This document shows positions 18,276-26,853 of a stretch of 53,094 bases of DNA, piece by piece. The notes beneath the pieces were generated by a model that saw nothing but the letters and a program-made list of their open reading frames with translations, was not told the DNA's origin and ran no database searches. The stretch comes from Candidatus Yanofskybacteria bacterium RIFCSPLOWO2_01_FULL_49_17. GTDB taxonomy: Bacteria; Patescibacteriota; Minisyncoccia; 2-02-FULL-40-12; GWA2-44-9. A program made the translations under genes and the position numbers. The stretch's first letter is position 1. The number at the start of each line of letters is the position of its first letter. Where the stretch lies: contig MGKO01000004.1 of assembly GCA_001795695.1 (NCBI GenBank), forward strand, positions 1 to 53,094, given 5' to 3'.

Positions 18276-18305
18276 AACAGTGCCTGCTTTCAAGCAGGCA
18301 CTGTT
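18276..18305. terminator. Strong hairpin 3' of TR, at the avd stop
   Basis: AACAGTGCCTGCT-TTCA-AGCAGGCACTGTT (13-bp stem). Confidence 0.65.
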
Positions 18306-18654
18306 AAGCCTCTTTAGTAGACCTCAGCCAGCCACCGATTTGCCTTCCCAGTTCATCTATATGAGACTGCAAGATAATATATTTTTTAATGTCCAGAGCT
18401 TTTGTGTCTTTCATAAGTCTGATAAATCCTCTGAGCATACTCACTACTACACTTGTCTCCTCAATGATAGATATCCGTAGTTCTTTTTTGGTTTGTATAG
18501 CTCGGGCGATAAGACGAATAAGCTCCAAGGTGTGTAGCTCTGTCTGTTTCCAAATAGTATATTGGTCTTTGCGCGACATCGTCTCCCGATATTCGCAGAG
18601 GAGTTTATATAGGTCATACGCTTTTCGATAGATAGGGATATCAAATTCATTCAT
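18304..18654 (-). CDS. avd: DGR accessory variability determinant (four-helix bundle)
   Basis: 116 aa, IYRKAYDL, RKDQYTI, ELGRQIGGW; adjacent to TR and RT. Confidence 0.92.
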   Translation of the reverse strand: MNEFDIPIYRKAYDLYKLLCEYRETMSRKDQYTIWKQTELHTLELIRLIARAIQTKKELRISIIEETSVVVSMLRGFIRLMKDTKALDIKKYIILQSHIDELGRQIGGWLRSTKEA

Positions 18655-18762
18655 CCCGTAGGAAATTTAACTGTCCAAGATTTAACCGATACACGGTACC
18701 AGTCAAGACAAGTCACATATAAACTGTTAATAATTAATTTGTAAAAATTTCTGACGGGATTC

Positions 18763-19811
18763 ATGAAGATATATTATGATGTTTTTTCTAAAATAGTTTC
18801 CCTAGAGAGCTTATTTTTAGCATGGCAGGAGTTTCGGAAAGGTAAATCGGCAAAGGAAGATGTTCAACAATTTGAGTTCAATCTGGAGGAAAATATTTTC
18901 CAACTTCACGATGAGTTGGCTAACGGCTTGTATCGTCACGGACCATATGAAGGATTTTTCGTTCACGATCCCAAGCGTAGGCATATTCACAAGGCTTTGG
19001 TCCGAGATCGGGTCGTCCATCACGCTATATTTTCGGTTATCAATCCGATATTTGAGGAAACGTTCATTCCAACATCCTTTTCCTGTCGGGTGGGATTTGG
19101 CGCTCATCGAGGAGTGGCAAGATTGCATCAGATGCTTCGTTCGGTGTCCTGTAACGGAACCAGGTCTTGTTTTGCTTTGAAATGCGATATTAAAAAATTC
19201 TTTGACTCGATAGATCATAATGTCCTGCTGGACCTTATTGGCAACCGAATGAAAGATCCCTCGGCGGGAATTTTGGTGAGCGAAGTTATTAATAGTTACG
19301 CCACGAGAGAGAGAGAGAGAGCAGAAACAGCCACCGAAAAACCGGTTTGCCCATCGGTAACCTGACCAGCCAGCTCTTTGGCAATATCTACATGAACGAG
19401 TTTGATCAGTTCGTAAAGCATAAATTGCGAGTTAAGAATTATTGCCGCTACACAGACGATTTTATCATTGTTTCATCAGAAAAAGAATACTTAGAAGAAC
19501 TGATTCCGAGAATAGAAGCGTTTTTAGGAGAACGGTTGCATTTGAAGTTGCACCCTGCCAAAGTAAGTATCCGTAAGATGGGTCAAGGAGTTGATTTCCT
19601 TGGTTATGTACAATTTCTTAATCATAGATTGTTACGTGTTAAAACCAGACGTCGGATATTTAGGAAATTTAACAATCAAATATTAAAGTATCAGCAGGGC
19701 ATTATTTCTCGCGAAAAATTGAATAGTTCCTTGCAATCTTACCTTGGTGTCTTTGGCCATGCCGATACATTCAGCATTGAACAGGAATTGCTCAATTTAT
19801 TGCCCATTTGA
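18763..19811 (+). pseudogene. DGR reverse transcriptase, frameshifted at a (GA)8 tract (ORFs 18763-19365 and 19347-19811)
   Basis: DPKRRHI, RDRVVHHA, SCR.G.G.H, KCDIKKFFDSIDH in frame 1; GLPIGNLTSQ, RYTDD, GVDFLGY, SYLG in frame 3; removing one GA gives a 348-aa ORF. Confidence 0.93.
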
Positions 19812-19841
19812 ATTAAGTTTTTTTTCTGTTAAAATACCCGA

Positions 19842-20444
19842 ATGCTAGAGCAAAATCCTATCGTTCCCATGCCGTCCGAGCCATCACTGCGTCAAGAACT
19901 TGGTGCGTTTGTATGGGAGACCATCAAGATAGTCGTCATCTCCCTTGTCATTATTTTTCCGATACGCTACTATCTGCTCCAGCCGTTCTTTGTGAAAGGC
20001 GCGTCAATGGAATCAACCCTTGAGGACGGCGACTACATCTTCATTGACGAGCTGTCGTATCAGTTCAACGACCCGCGGCGGGGGGATGTGGTCGTCTTCC
20101 GCTATCCCTTGGACCAGTCGCAATTTTTCATAAAAAGGGTCATCGGCCTGCCCGGCGAGACCTTGGAGATAAAGAACAATCAGGTCATCATTTACAACAA
20201 AATACACCCCAAAGGGCAAGTATTGCCGGAGCCGTATCTTGAGCCGGGCCAGCAGACCCTCGGCCAGATGCGCATCAAACTTGATGACAACGAATATTTC
20301 GTGTTGGGCGACAACCGGGCCAAAAGCTCCGACTCGCGCCGCTGGGGCGCGGTCAACCGCTCGCTCATCACCGGTCGGGCCTTTATCCGGCTCTGGCCGC
20401 TCAATGACGGCATCCGAGTTCCGCATATCAGCTATCCAATCTAG
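19842..20444 (+). CDS. lepB: Signal peptidase I
   Basis: GASME (Ser), RGDVVVF, FIKRVIGLPGE (Lys), GDNR..SSDSR.WG. Confidence 0.96.
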   Translation: MLEQNPIVPMPSEPSLRQELGAFVWETIKIVVISLVIIFPIRYYLLQPFFVKGASMESTLEDGDYIFIDELSYQFNDPRRGDVVVFRYPLDQSQFFIKRVIGLPGETLEIKNNQVIIYNKIHPKGQVLPEPYLEPGQQTLGQMRIKLDDNEYFVLGDNRAKSSDSRRWGAVNRSLITGRAFIRLWPLNDGIRVPHISYPI

Positions 20445-20518
20445 GTTCTAACCATAAAATATGGACTATGGAATAAAAAATTTCCAGCTCATAATCCATA
20501 ATACGTAATCCATAATCC

Positions 20519-21811
20519 ATGAAAGCGAAGCAGATTCAATCGGTCAAGGGAATGCACGATATTTTGCCCGAGGACCAGAAGTACTGGCGCTATGTCCAAA
20601 AGAAAGCCGAGCAGCTGCTTGAATACTACGGCTTTGAGAGGATGTCCACACCGGTGCTGGAACAGGCCGAGCTTTTCATTCGCTCGGCCGGCGAGGGTTC
20701 CGATATCGTGGACAAAGAGATCTACACTCTGAAAACGAAGGGCGGGGACACTCTGGCCTTGCGGCCGGAGGCGACCGCTCCAGTTGTGCGCGCTTACCTG
20801 GAGAACGGGATGAACGTCCGTCCTCATCCGGTCAAACTTTACTTGATTGAGCCGATGTTCCGCCATGACGAGCCCCAGGCCGGACGCTACCGCCAATTCC
20901 ATCAGGTCAATGTTGAGACCATCGGTGACGCTTCGGAAGCGGTTGATGCGGAACTTATATTTTTGGGCTACAAACTGCTTGAGTCATTGGGACTTGAAAA
21001 TTTCAATGTCCAGATAAATTCTATCGGCGACCAGAACTGCCGGCCGGCCTATCTCAAGGCCTTGAAAGATTATTTCAAGAACCGCTCCAAGAAACTTTGC
21101 GCTGATTGCAAAGTACGCATGAAAGAAAACGTTCTTCGTATTTTGGACTGCAAAGAGGAGGGATGCAAAGAAGCGGCTAAAGAAGCGCCCCAAATGGTTG
21201 ATTTTCTAGATGAATCTTGCCGACTGCATTTCAAGCACGTCTTGGAATTCTTGGACGAGGCCAAAGTTCCGTACATCTTGAATCCATATTTGGTCCGCGG
21301 TCTGGATTACTACACTCGCACCATATTTGAGTTCGTGCCGGATGAACCGCCAGCTGGCGGAGCGGCCTCGCAGTCAACTCTGCTTGCCGGCGGGAGATAT
21401 GACCGGCTGATTGAACAGCTCGGCGGGGCCAAAACGCCGGCGGCCGGCTGGGCGATTGGCATTGAGCGCATCATTCTGGCCATGAAGGAAAAAGACGTTC
21501 ATGTGCCGGAATCCGGACCTAAGCCGAAAGTGTTTCTAGTCCAGCTTGGCGAGGCACCCAAGCGCAAGGCCCTGCCATTGTTTGAAAGCTTCCGCAAAGC
21601 GGGCATTGAGGCCAAGTCCTCCCTCGGCCGCGACAGCATCAAGTCGCAATTACGCATTGCCCACCGCTTAGACGTAAGATTCGCGCTGATATTCGGCCAG
21701 AAAGAAGCGTTGGAAGGAACCATCATTCTTCGCGACATGGACTCGAGTATCCAGGAAACCATTCCGTTGGAAAAGATCGTGGACGAAGTCAAAAAAAGAT
21801 TAAAGGCATAG
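20519..21811 (+). CDS. hisS: Histidine--tRNA ligase
   Basis: KGMHD, LRPEATA, FRHDEPQAGRYRQFHQ, RGLDYYT, GGRYD, GIERI. Confidence 0.97.
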   Translation: MKAKQIQSVKGMHDILPEDQKYWRYVQKKAEQLLEYYGFERMSTPVLEQAELFIRSAGEGSDIVDKEIYTLKTKGGDTLALRPEATAPVVRAYLENGMNVRPHPVKLYLIEPMFRHDEPQAGRYRQFHQVNVETIGDASEAVDAELIFLGYKLLESLGLENFNVQINSIGDQNCRPAYLKALKDYFKNRSKKLCADCKVRMKENVLRILDCKEEGCKEAAKEAPQMVDFLDESCRLHFKHVLEFLDEAKVPYILNPYLVRGLDYYTRTIFEFVPDEPPAGGAASQSTLLAGGRYDRLIEQLGGAKTPAAGWAIGIERIILAMKEKDVHVPESGPKPKVFLVQLGEAPKRKALPLFESFRKAGIEAKSSLGRDSIKSQLRIAHRLDVRFALIFGQKEALEGTIILRDMDSSIQETIPLEKIVDEVKKRLKA

Positions 21812-21844
21812 CTTATCAGCTGACTAGCTTCCTAGCTTATTAGA

Positions 21845-21955
21845 ATGACAGCCATTCACGGATATAAAGAGCTCATTGTATGGCAAAGATCAATGGAACT
21901 TGTGGTAGAGGTGATGAAAATGTTAAATAGTATGATTGGCAAACTAATAAGCTAA
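21845..21955 (+). pseudogene. Internally deleted four-helix-bundle (IVP/Avd-like) gene, 36 codons, flanked by 8-mer repeat arms
   Basis: MTAIHGYKELIVWQRSMELVVEV fused directly to MKMLNSMIGKL, the typical N- and C-termini of ~120-aa four-helix-bundle proteins. Confidence 0.75.
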
Positions 21956-21981
21956 TAAGCTAATATCTAATAAGCTAAACA

Positions 21982-22320
21982 ATGATAGACGATGTCTTCT
22001 GTAAAATAATAAAAGGCGAGCTTAAGTCGGAAATCGTTTTAGAGAACGAAGAGTTTATCGTCATCAAAGACATCAAGCCGAACGCGCCGGTCCATCTTTT
22101 GATAATCCCGAAACAGCATTACTTCGGTCTTCACGACGCGCCGCCGGAGCTGGTCGGCCGGGCCTTTGAATTTACCAAAAAAACGGCCGAGCACGTCGGT
22201 GTAGCCGATAACGGCTACCGTTTGGTCCTTAACGAAGGCAAACATGCCGGCAAATTAGTGCCACACCTACATATTCATTTATTGGCTGGCAAAGACCTCG
22301 GCGCGAAGCTTATAAAATAA
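21982..22320 (+). CDS. HIT family nucleotide-binding protein
   Basis: FCKII, DI.P.APVH.LIIPK.H, HLHIH triad. Confidence 0.93.
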   Translation: MIDDVFCKIIKGELKSEIVLENEEFIVIKDIKPNAPVHLLIIPKQHYFGLHDAPPELVGRAFEFTKKTAEHVGVADNGYRLVLNEGKHAGKLVPHLHIHLLAGKDLGAKLIK

Positions 22321-22385
22321 ATTTTGAAATTGAACTCATTTTAGTATATACTCCTGGGTAAAGGAGGTATTTATGAGGTATTTAT

Positions 22386-22652
22386 ATGGTAGAAGTCAAA
22401 CGAAAACCAAATGAATCCATCGGCGGTTTATTGCGCCGATTCAACCGCTTCGTCCAACAGAGCGGCGTTTTGCTCAAAGCCAAGCGCTCCAAGTTCCGCG
22501 AAAAGACGATGACCGAGCGCAAGGAGAAGAACGCGGCTATCATGGGTCTGCATCTTTCGGAACTTCGCAAGCGTCTTGAAAAACTCGGCAAATATGATGA
22601 GGAGACATTTGATGAGGAGAAGCGCAAGATGAAACAAGAACTTGGACTATAA
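22386..22652 (+). CDS. rpsU: Ribosomal protein bS21-like protein
   Basis: V.RKPNES...LLRRF.R.VQQSG, basic; HIT-rpsU-yqeY synteny. Confidence 0.65.
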   Translation: MVEVKRKPNESIGGLLRRFNRFVQQSGVLLKAKRSKFREKTMTERKEKNAAIMGLHLSELRKRLEKLGKYDEETFDEEKRKMKQELGL

Positions 22653-22722
22653 TCCTAATCTACGAATGTATCCGAATGATACGAATTCGGAGCATTCGAA
22701 TATAATTTGTAACATTCGTATT

Positions 22723-23172
22723 ATGTTAAAACAACGATTGCAGGATGAACAAAAGCAGGCACTAAAAGAGGGGAATGGCTCAAAACGTACTCTGATCGGC
22801 ATGGTTCTGTCGGCCGTCAAAAATAAGGAGATAGATAAACATGGCGAACTGACCGATGGTGAAGTCATTGCCGTTATCGCTTCGGAAGTAAAAAAGAGAA
22901 AGGACTCCGCCGCCCAGTTTGAGGGCGGGGGGCGGCCCGAGCTGGCCGAGGGAGAGAGGAAGGAAATTGAGATGCTTATGCCCTATATGCCGGCCCAGCT
23001 TTCCGATGACGCCGTCCGTGAAGAGGTCAAAAAAGCCATTGCCGAGATCGGCGCGGCAGGACCCAAAGACATGGGCAAAGTTATCGCCGCGGTCATGGCC
23101 AAGGTCAAAGGCCAAGCCGAAGGCGGCAAGGTCAGCGCTATGGTCAAAGAAGAACTCACGCTCCGCCAATAG
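22723..23172 (+). CDS. GatB/YqeY domain protein
   Basis: KKRKDS..QF..GGR.ELA..E..EI..L..Y.P.QLS; DMGKV. Confidence 0.92.
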   Translation: MLKQRLQDEQKQALKEGNGSKRTLIGMVLSAVKNKEIDKHGELTDGEVIAVIASEVKKRKDSAAQFEGGGRPELAEGERKEIEMLMPYMPAQLSDDAVREEVKKAIAEIGAAGPKDMGKVIAAVMAKVKGQAEGGKVSAMVKEELTLRQ

Positions 23173-23525
23173 TCCCTCTCGCAAAACGGCGTCAAATCTT
23201 TCCGGCGAAGATTTGCGCCTCACTCTCGCCGGTTCACCAAGCTCCAGCTATGAAATAGCCAATGATTTAATAATATCATTGGCTATTTCAATTATTGAGG
23301 AGCCGAACCGGCTCCGAGAGTTTGCTCTAAGGGCTATTGGCTCCGCTTAAACTTTAGCGAAGCCAGATGGCTTTGAACTAACTTGTGAGTCCAGATTGCA
23401 CGGTTTGTCAATGACCGAGCCCCGCTTTGCGGGACGAGTGTCTTTACAAAATCTGGATGAACAGCGTAGGGAGCGAACCGCGCTGGGACGAGCGACCGAT
23501 AGTGAAAAGCCGTCTGGCGAAGCGA
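23166..23525. repeat. Composite structured intergenic element, copy 2
   Basis: CCAATAGTCCCT...AGGGCTATTGG module plus GCCAGATGGCTTT...AAAGCCGTCTGGC module. Confidence 0.7.
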
Positions 23526-23550
23526 TAATTTTATTGATAATATTTAGAAC

Positions 23551-24027
23551 ATGGTCGACCTTGTTTTTGAGAACAATTCAGAGCATCATGAGTGGCCGGA
23601 GAAATTTTTTAGTTTTGTGGTCACCAAGACGCTGGAACATCTAGGTTTAATTAGAAAAACAGGCCTGCCTGCCGGCAGGCAGGTGGAGCTGGGCGTCCAA
23701 TTAGTGACGCCACAACGGAGTCAGGAGCTCAATCTAAAACATCGGCAAAAAAATAAGCCGACGGATGTTTTATCCTTTCCGCTTGATGATGTGACCCTTG
23801 CCAAATATGATATACTGCCATTGGGCGATATTTTCATCTGCCCGGATATTGCCCTGGCCCAGGCAAAGGAACATCATGTTCCGGAAAAGGAAGAAATGGC
23901 CCGTCTCGTCATTCACGGCATTTTGCATCTTTTGGGCTATGACCATGAAAAATCACCGGAGGATGGGAAAAAAATGCTGAACCTTCAAGAAGAAATCTTA
24001 AATCAATTGTCTTTCAGAAATGGCTAA
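23551..24027 (+). CDS. ybeY: rRNA maturation endoribonuclease YbeY
   Basis: LN..HR.KNKPTDVLSFP, LGDIFIC, HGILHLLGYDH. Confidence 0.96.
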   Translation: MVDLVFENNSEHHEWPEKFFSFVVTKTLEHLGLIRKTGLPAGRQVELGVQLVTPQRSQELNLKHRQKNKPTDVLSFPLDDVTLAKYDILPLGDIFICPDIALAQAKEHHVPEKEEMARLVIHGILHLLGYDHEKSPEDGKKMLNLQEEILNQLSFRNG

Positions 24028-25285
24028 GCCGCGATTAATTTCAGGCATTGATATCGGCAATTCCCAGATAAAGGTGGCTATTGCCAAAATGGAACCGGCC
24101 CGCGCAAGGCCGGACCTTTTAGGCATCGGCTCCGCTCCTTCTAATGGCTTGCGCCGAGGAATGGTCGTGGACATGGAAGAGACCATCGGCAATATCAGGT
24201 CCGCGCTTCAAAGAGCTGAAGCCATATCAGGAATCAAAGTTAAAAGAGCGTATATAGCAGTCAGCGGTCTTCACATTAAGAACCAGACCTCGCGAGGAGT
24301 TATAGCCGTATCCAGGGCCGACAATGAGATATCCCAGAGCGACATTGACCGCGTCATTCAAGCGGCTTCAGTGGTCAGCTTGCCGGCCAACCGCGAGATA
24401 GTCCATGTCATACCCAGGAATTTCATCGTTGACGGGACAGAAAACGTCAAAAATCCGCTGGGCATGAAAGGCGTTCGCCTTGAGGCCGAGGTTTGCATCA
24501 TAGATGGCCTCTCTCCCTACCTTCGCAATATCGTGAAGTGCGTCAATGAGAACGGGATTGAAGTGGCCGGTCTGGTCTTCGCGCCTCTGGCCGCTTCTTT
24601 GTCCGTATTAGACAAGAATCAGCGCGAGTACGGCGTGATACACCTTGATTTCGGTGGAGGCACGTCCTCGCTGACTGTATTTGAAGAGGCCGACCTTCTG
24701 CATGCGGCGATTCTGCCGGTCGGCTCCAAGCATATCACCAGCGATTTAGCTGTCGCTCTGCGCACTTCAATGGACGTGGCCGAGAGAGTAAAGCTGGAGC
24801 ACGGTTCGACATCAGTCAATGAGGACTCACCTCGCTTTGGCTCCGGCGGAGCGGGCGGCCGCCGGCGCGATATGATAGACCTGTCTTCGCTTATCGGCGA
24901 AGAAAAATTTGTTCTTCCCAAAAAACAACTTGTCCGCGTTGTGGATGCAAGAACGCAGGAACTTCTGGACCTTGTTTCCGCCGAGCTTAAAAAAGTTTCG
25001 CGCAACGGGATGCTGCCGGCCGGCGTAGTTGTTTCCGGCGGTGGAGCCAACCTGCCTGGCCTTCTGCCGTACATAAAAGATTCTCTGCGCTTGCCCGTCC
25101 GTTTGGCCAGGCCGATGCATCTTGAAGGTATGGTTGACGCGGCCGCCGATCCGTCATTCGCTGTGGTCACCGGCCTGATATTGTGGGGGGTTGAGCAGGA
25201 GATGGGAAGTGACCGTAAAGAATCTATCGGTTCTGTGTCCGGGGCCGGAAAATTTATGGGCTGGCTTAAGAATTTCATGCCCTAA
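24020..25285 (+). CDS. ftsA: Cell division protein FtsA
   Basis: IDIGNS, G...G.VVD, DFGGGTS, G..HITSD, VVSGGGA; upstream of ftsZ. Confidence 0.96.
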   Translation: MAKPRLISGIDIGNSQIKVAIAKMEPARARPDLLGIGSAPSNGLRRGMVVDMEETIGNIRSALQRAEAISGIKVKRAYIAVSGLHIKNQTSRGVIAVSRADNEISQSDIDRVIQAASVVSLPANREIVHVIPRNFIVDGTENVKNPLGMKGVRLEAEVCIIDGLSPYLRNIVKCVNENGIEVAGLVFAPLAASLSVLDKNQREYGVIHLDFGGGTSSLTVFEEADLLHAAILPVGSKHITSDLAVALRTSMDVAERVKLEHGSTSVNEDSPRFGSGGAGGRRRDMIDLSSLIGEEKFVLPKKQLVRVVDARTQELLDLVSAELKKVSRNGMLPAGVVVSGGGANLPGLLPYIKDSLRLPVRLARPMHLEGMVDAAADPSFAVVTGLILWGVEQEMGSDRKESIGSVSGAGKFMGWLKNFMP

Positions 25286-25396
25286 AATAACCGACAACTG
25301 ATGACATACAACTTACAACTTCAGAATAGTATCCACAGGTTTATCAACAGTCAGAATTAGCTGGCTTGCAGGCCTTTTTTATTTATGATAAGCATA

Positions 25397-25607
25397 TGCC
25401 CAAGAGGACGAGCAGATTTGCGAGGTCCGATTGGCTGCACATGCTTACCCCCTCCTTTCATCCGTTAGATGAATTAACACTGGGTTTGTGGGCATAAAAT
25501 TTAAAATACGTAAACTTAAATAATTTATCTATAGAAAGAAAGGAGGGGGTGACGATTTTGTAGCAGCTCGTCTGCTCTCGCACTTCCTCGCTGACAAAAT
25601 CGTCATG
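25397..25607. repeat. ~200-nt SD/anti-SD structured element, copy 1 (upstream of ftsZ)
   Basis: CCCCCTCCTTTC...GAAAGGAGGGGG stem followed by a hairpin ending at the ATG; homologous to three other copies. Confidence 0.8.
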
Positions 25608-26774
25608 GCTTTAACGAAACCACCATTTGAGACATTTGCCCGCATCAAGGTCATTGGCGTGGGCGGCGGAGGGACGAACGCCCTTCAGAGGATGATAGAA
25701 GCCCGCATCCACGGCGTTGAGTTCATTGCCATCAACACCGATGCCCAGGCACTGCATAATTCCAACGCTCCGGTCCGTATTCATATCGGCAAGAGCTTGA
25801 CCCGGGGCCTGGGCGCGGGCATGAACCCGGAAATAGGCCGCCAAGCGACGATTGACACTAAGGAAGAAATAAGCGCCGCGGTCAAGGGGGCAGACATGGT
25901 CTTCATCACCACCGGACTGGGCGGTGGCACCGGCACCGGCGGCGCGCCGATAGTGGCCGAGATAGCCCGCGAAGCCGGCGCGCTGGTCCTGGGCGTGGTC
26001 ACCAAACCATTCACTTTTGAGGGCGTCCAAAGGATGAAGATCGCCGAGGCCGGATGGAACGCTTTGCGCGAGCGGGTGGATTCGCTCATCACCATCCCCA
26101 ACGACCGACTTCTCTCCATCATTGACCGTAAAACGCCATTGCTTGATTCATTTGCCATCGTTGACGATGTCCTGCGTCAGGGTGTCCAGGGTATTTCAGA
26201 CCTGATAACTGTCCCCGGCATAATCAATCTGGATTTTGCCGATGTTAAAGCGGTCATGGCCAATTCCGGCTCGGCTCTGATGGGCATCGGCCACGCCAGC
26301 GGCGACGACAGAGCAGTTGAGGCGGCCAAGATGGCCATCAATTCGCCCTTGCTGGAAGTTTCCATTGACGGCGCCACCGGCGTCCTGTTCAATGTCTGCG
26401 GCGGAGCCGACATGGCCATGGCCGAGATAAATGAAGCGGCCCGCATCATCACCGAACACATCTCTGCCGAAGCCAAAGTCATCTTCGGCGCGGTGCTGGA
26501 CGACAAGTTAAAGAAAGGGGAGCTGAAGATAACGGTCGTGGCCACCGGCTTCAATAACGGCCAGCCGTCCACCTTGCGGCCGGCTTCGGTCTCCGGTTTC
26601 GGGGACATTCCCCAAAATCTTTTTGAATCAGTGAAAAAGAGCACGATATCTTCCACTAAATCTGATTCAACCAACGGAAAGACATCCAAACCGGTCAAAG
26701 AGTTTGTGGATGACTCTCTGGACGATAATCAATTTGATATACCGGCTTTTATCAGACGAAAAATAAGTAAATAA
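25605..26774 (+). CDS. ftsZ: Cell division protein FtsZ
   Basis: [31 protein letters not shown]-terminal DIPAFIR. Confidence 0.98.
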   Translation: MALTKPPFETFARIKVIGVGGGGTNALQRMIEARIHGVEFIAINTDAQALHNSNAPVRIHIGKSLTRGLGAGMNPEIGRQATIDTKEEISAAVKGADMVFITTGLGGGTGTGGAPIVAEIAREAGALVLGVVTKPFTFEGVQRMKIAEAGWNALRERVDSLITIPNDRLLSIIDRKTPLLDSFAIVDDVLRQGVQGISDLITVPGIINLDFADVKAVMANSGSALMGIGHASGDDRAVEAAKMAINSPLLEVSIDGATGVLFNVCGGADMAMAEINEAARIITEHISAEAKVIFGAVLDDKLKKGELKITVVATGFNNGQPSTLRPASVSGFGDIPQNLFESVKKSTISSTKSDSTNGKTSKPVKEFVDDSLDDNQFDIPAFIRRKISK

Positions 26775-26810
26775 CTTAAAACTCCCGCTTTCGCGGGAGT
26801 TTTAAGTTAT
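26771..26810. terminator. Intrinsic terminator after ftsZ
   Basis: ATAACTTAAAACTCCCGC-TTTC-GCGGGAGTTTTAAGTTAT. Confidence 0.85.
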
Positions 26811-26853
26811 CAACACTTTCCAACTTATATACGTTCGCTACAATTGATTACCT

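Larger units (their letters stand above)
16752..19811. mobile_element. Diversity-generating retroelement cassette (target-VR, TR, avd, RT)
   Basis: All four DGR components lie together between pth and lepB. Confidence 0.95.

Noticed and set aside
17855..18480. ORFs 17855-18232(-), 17900-18130(+), 18220-18480(+)
   Set aside because: They overlap TR, its leader or antisense avd; no recognisable domains
18763..19811. Group II intron, retron or Abi RT
   Set aside because: Short RT with GNLTSQ motif, adjacent Avd and an adenine-specific TR/VR pair identify a DGR; no intron domain V seen
25397..25607. Group II intron remnant as the identity of the four-copy element
   Set aside because: No GTGCG start or domain V/VI consensus recognised on either strand
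26775..26853. Cobalamin riboswitch upstream of nrdJ
   Set aside because: The gap is under 80 nt and half is a terminator; no B12-box
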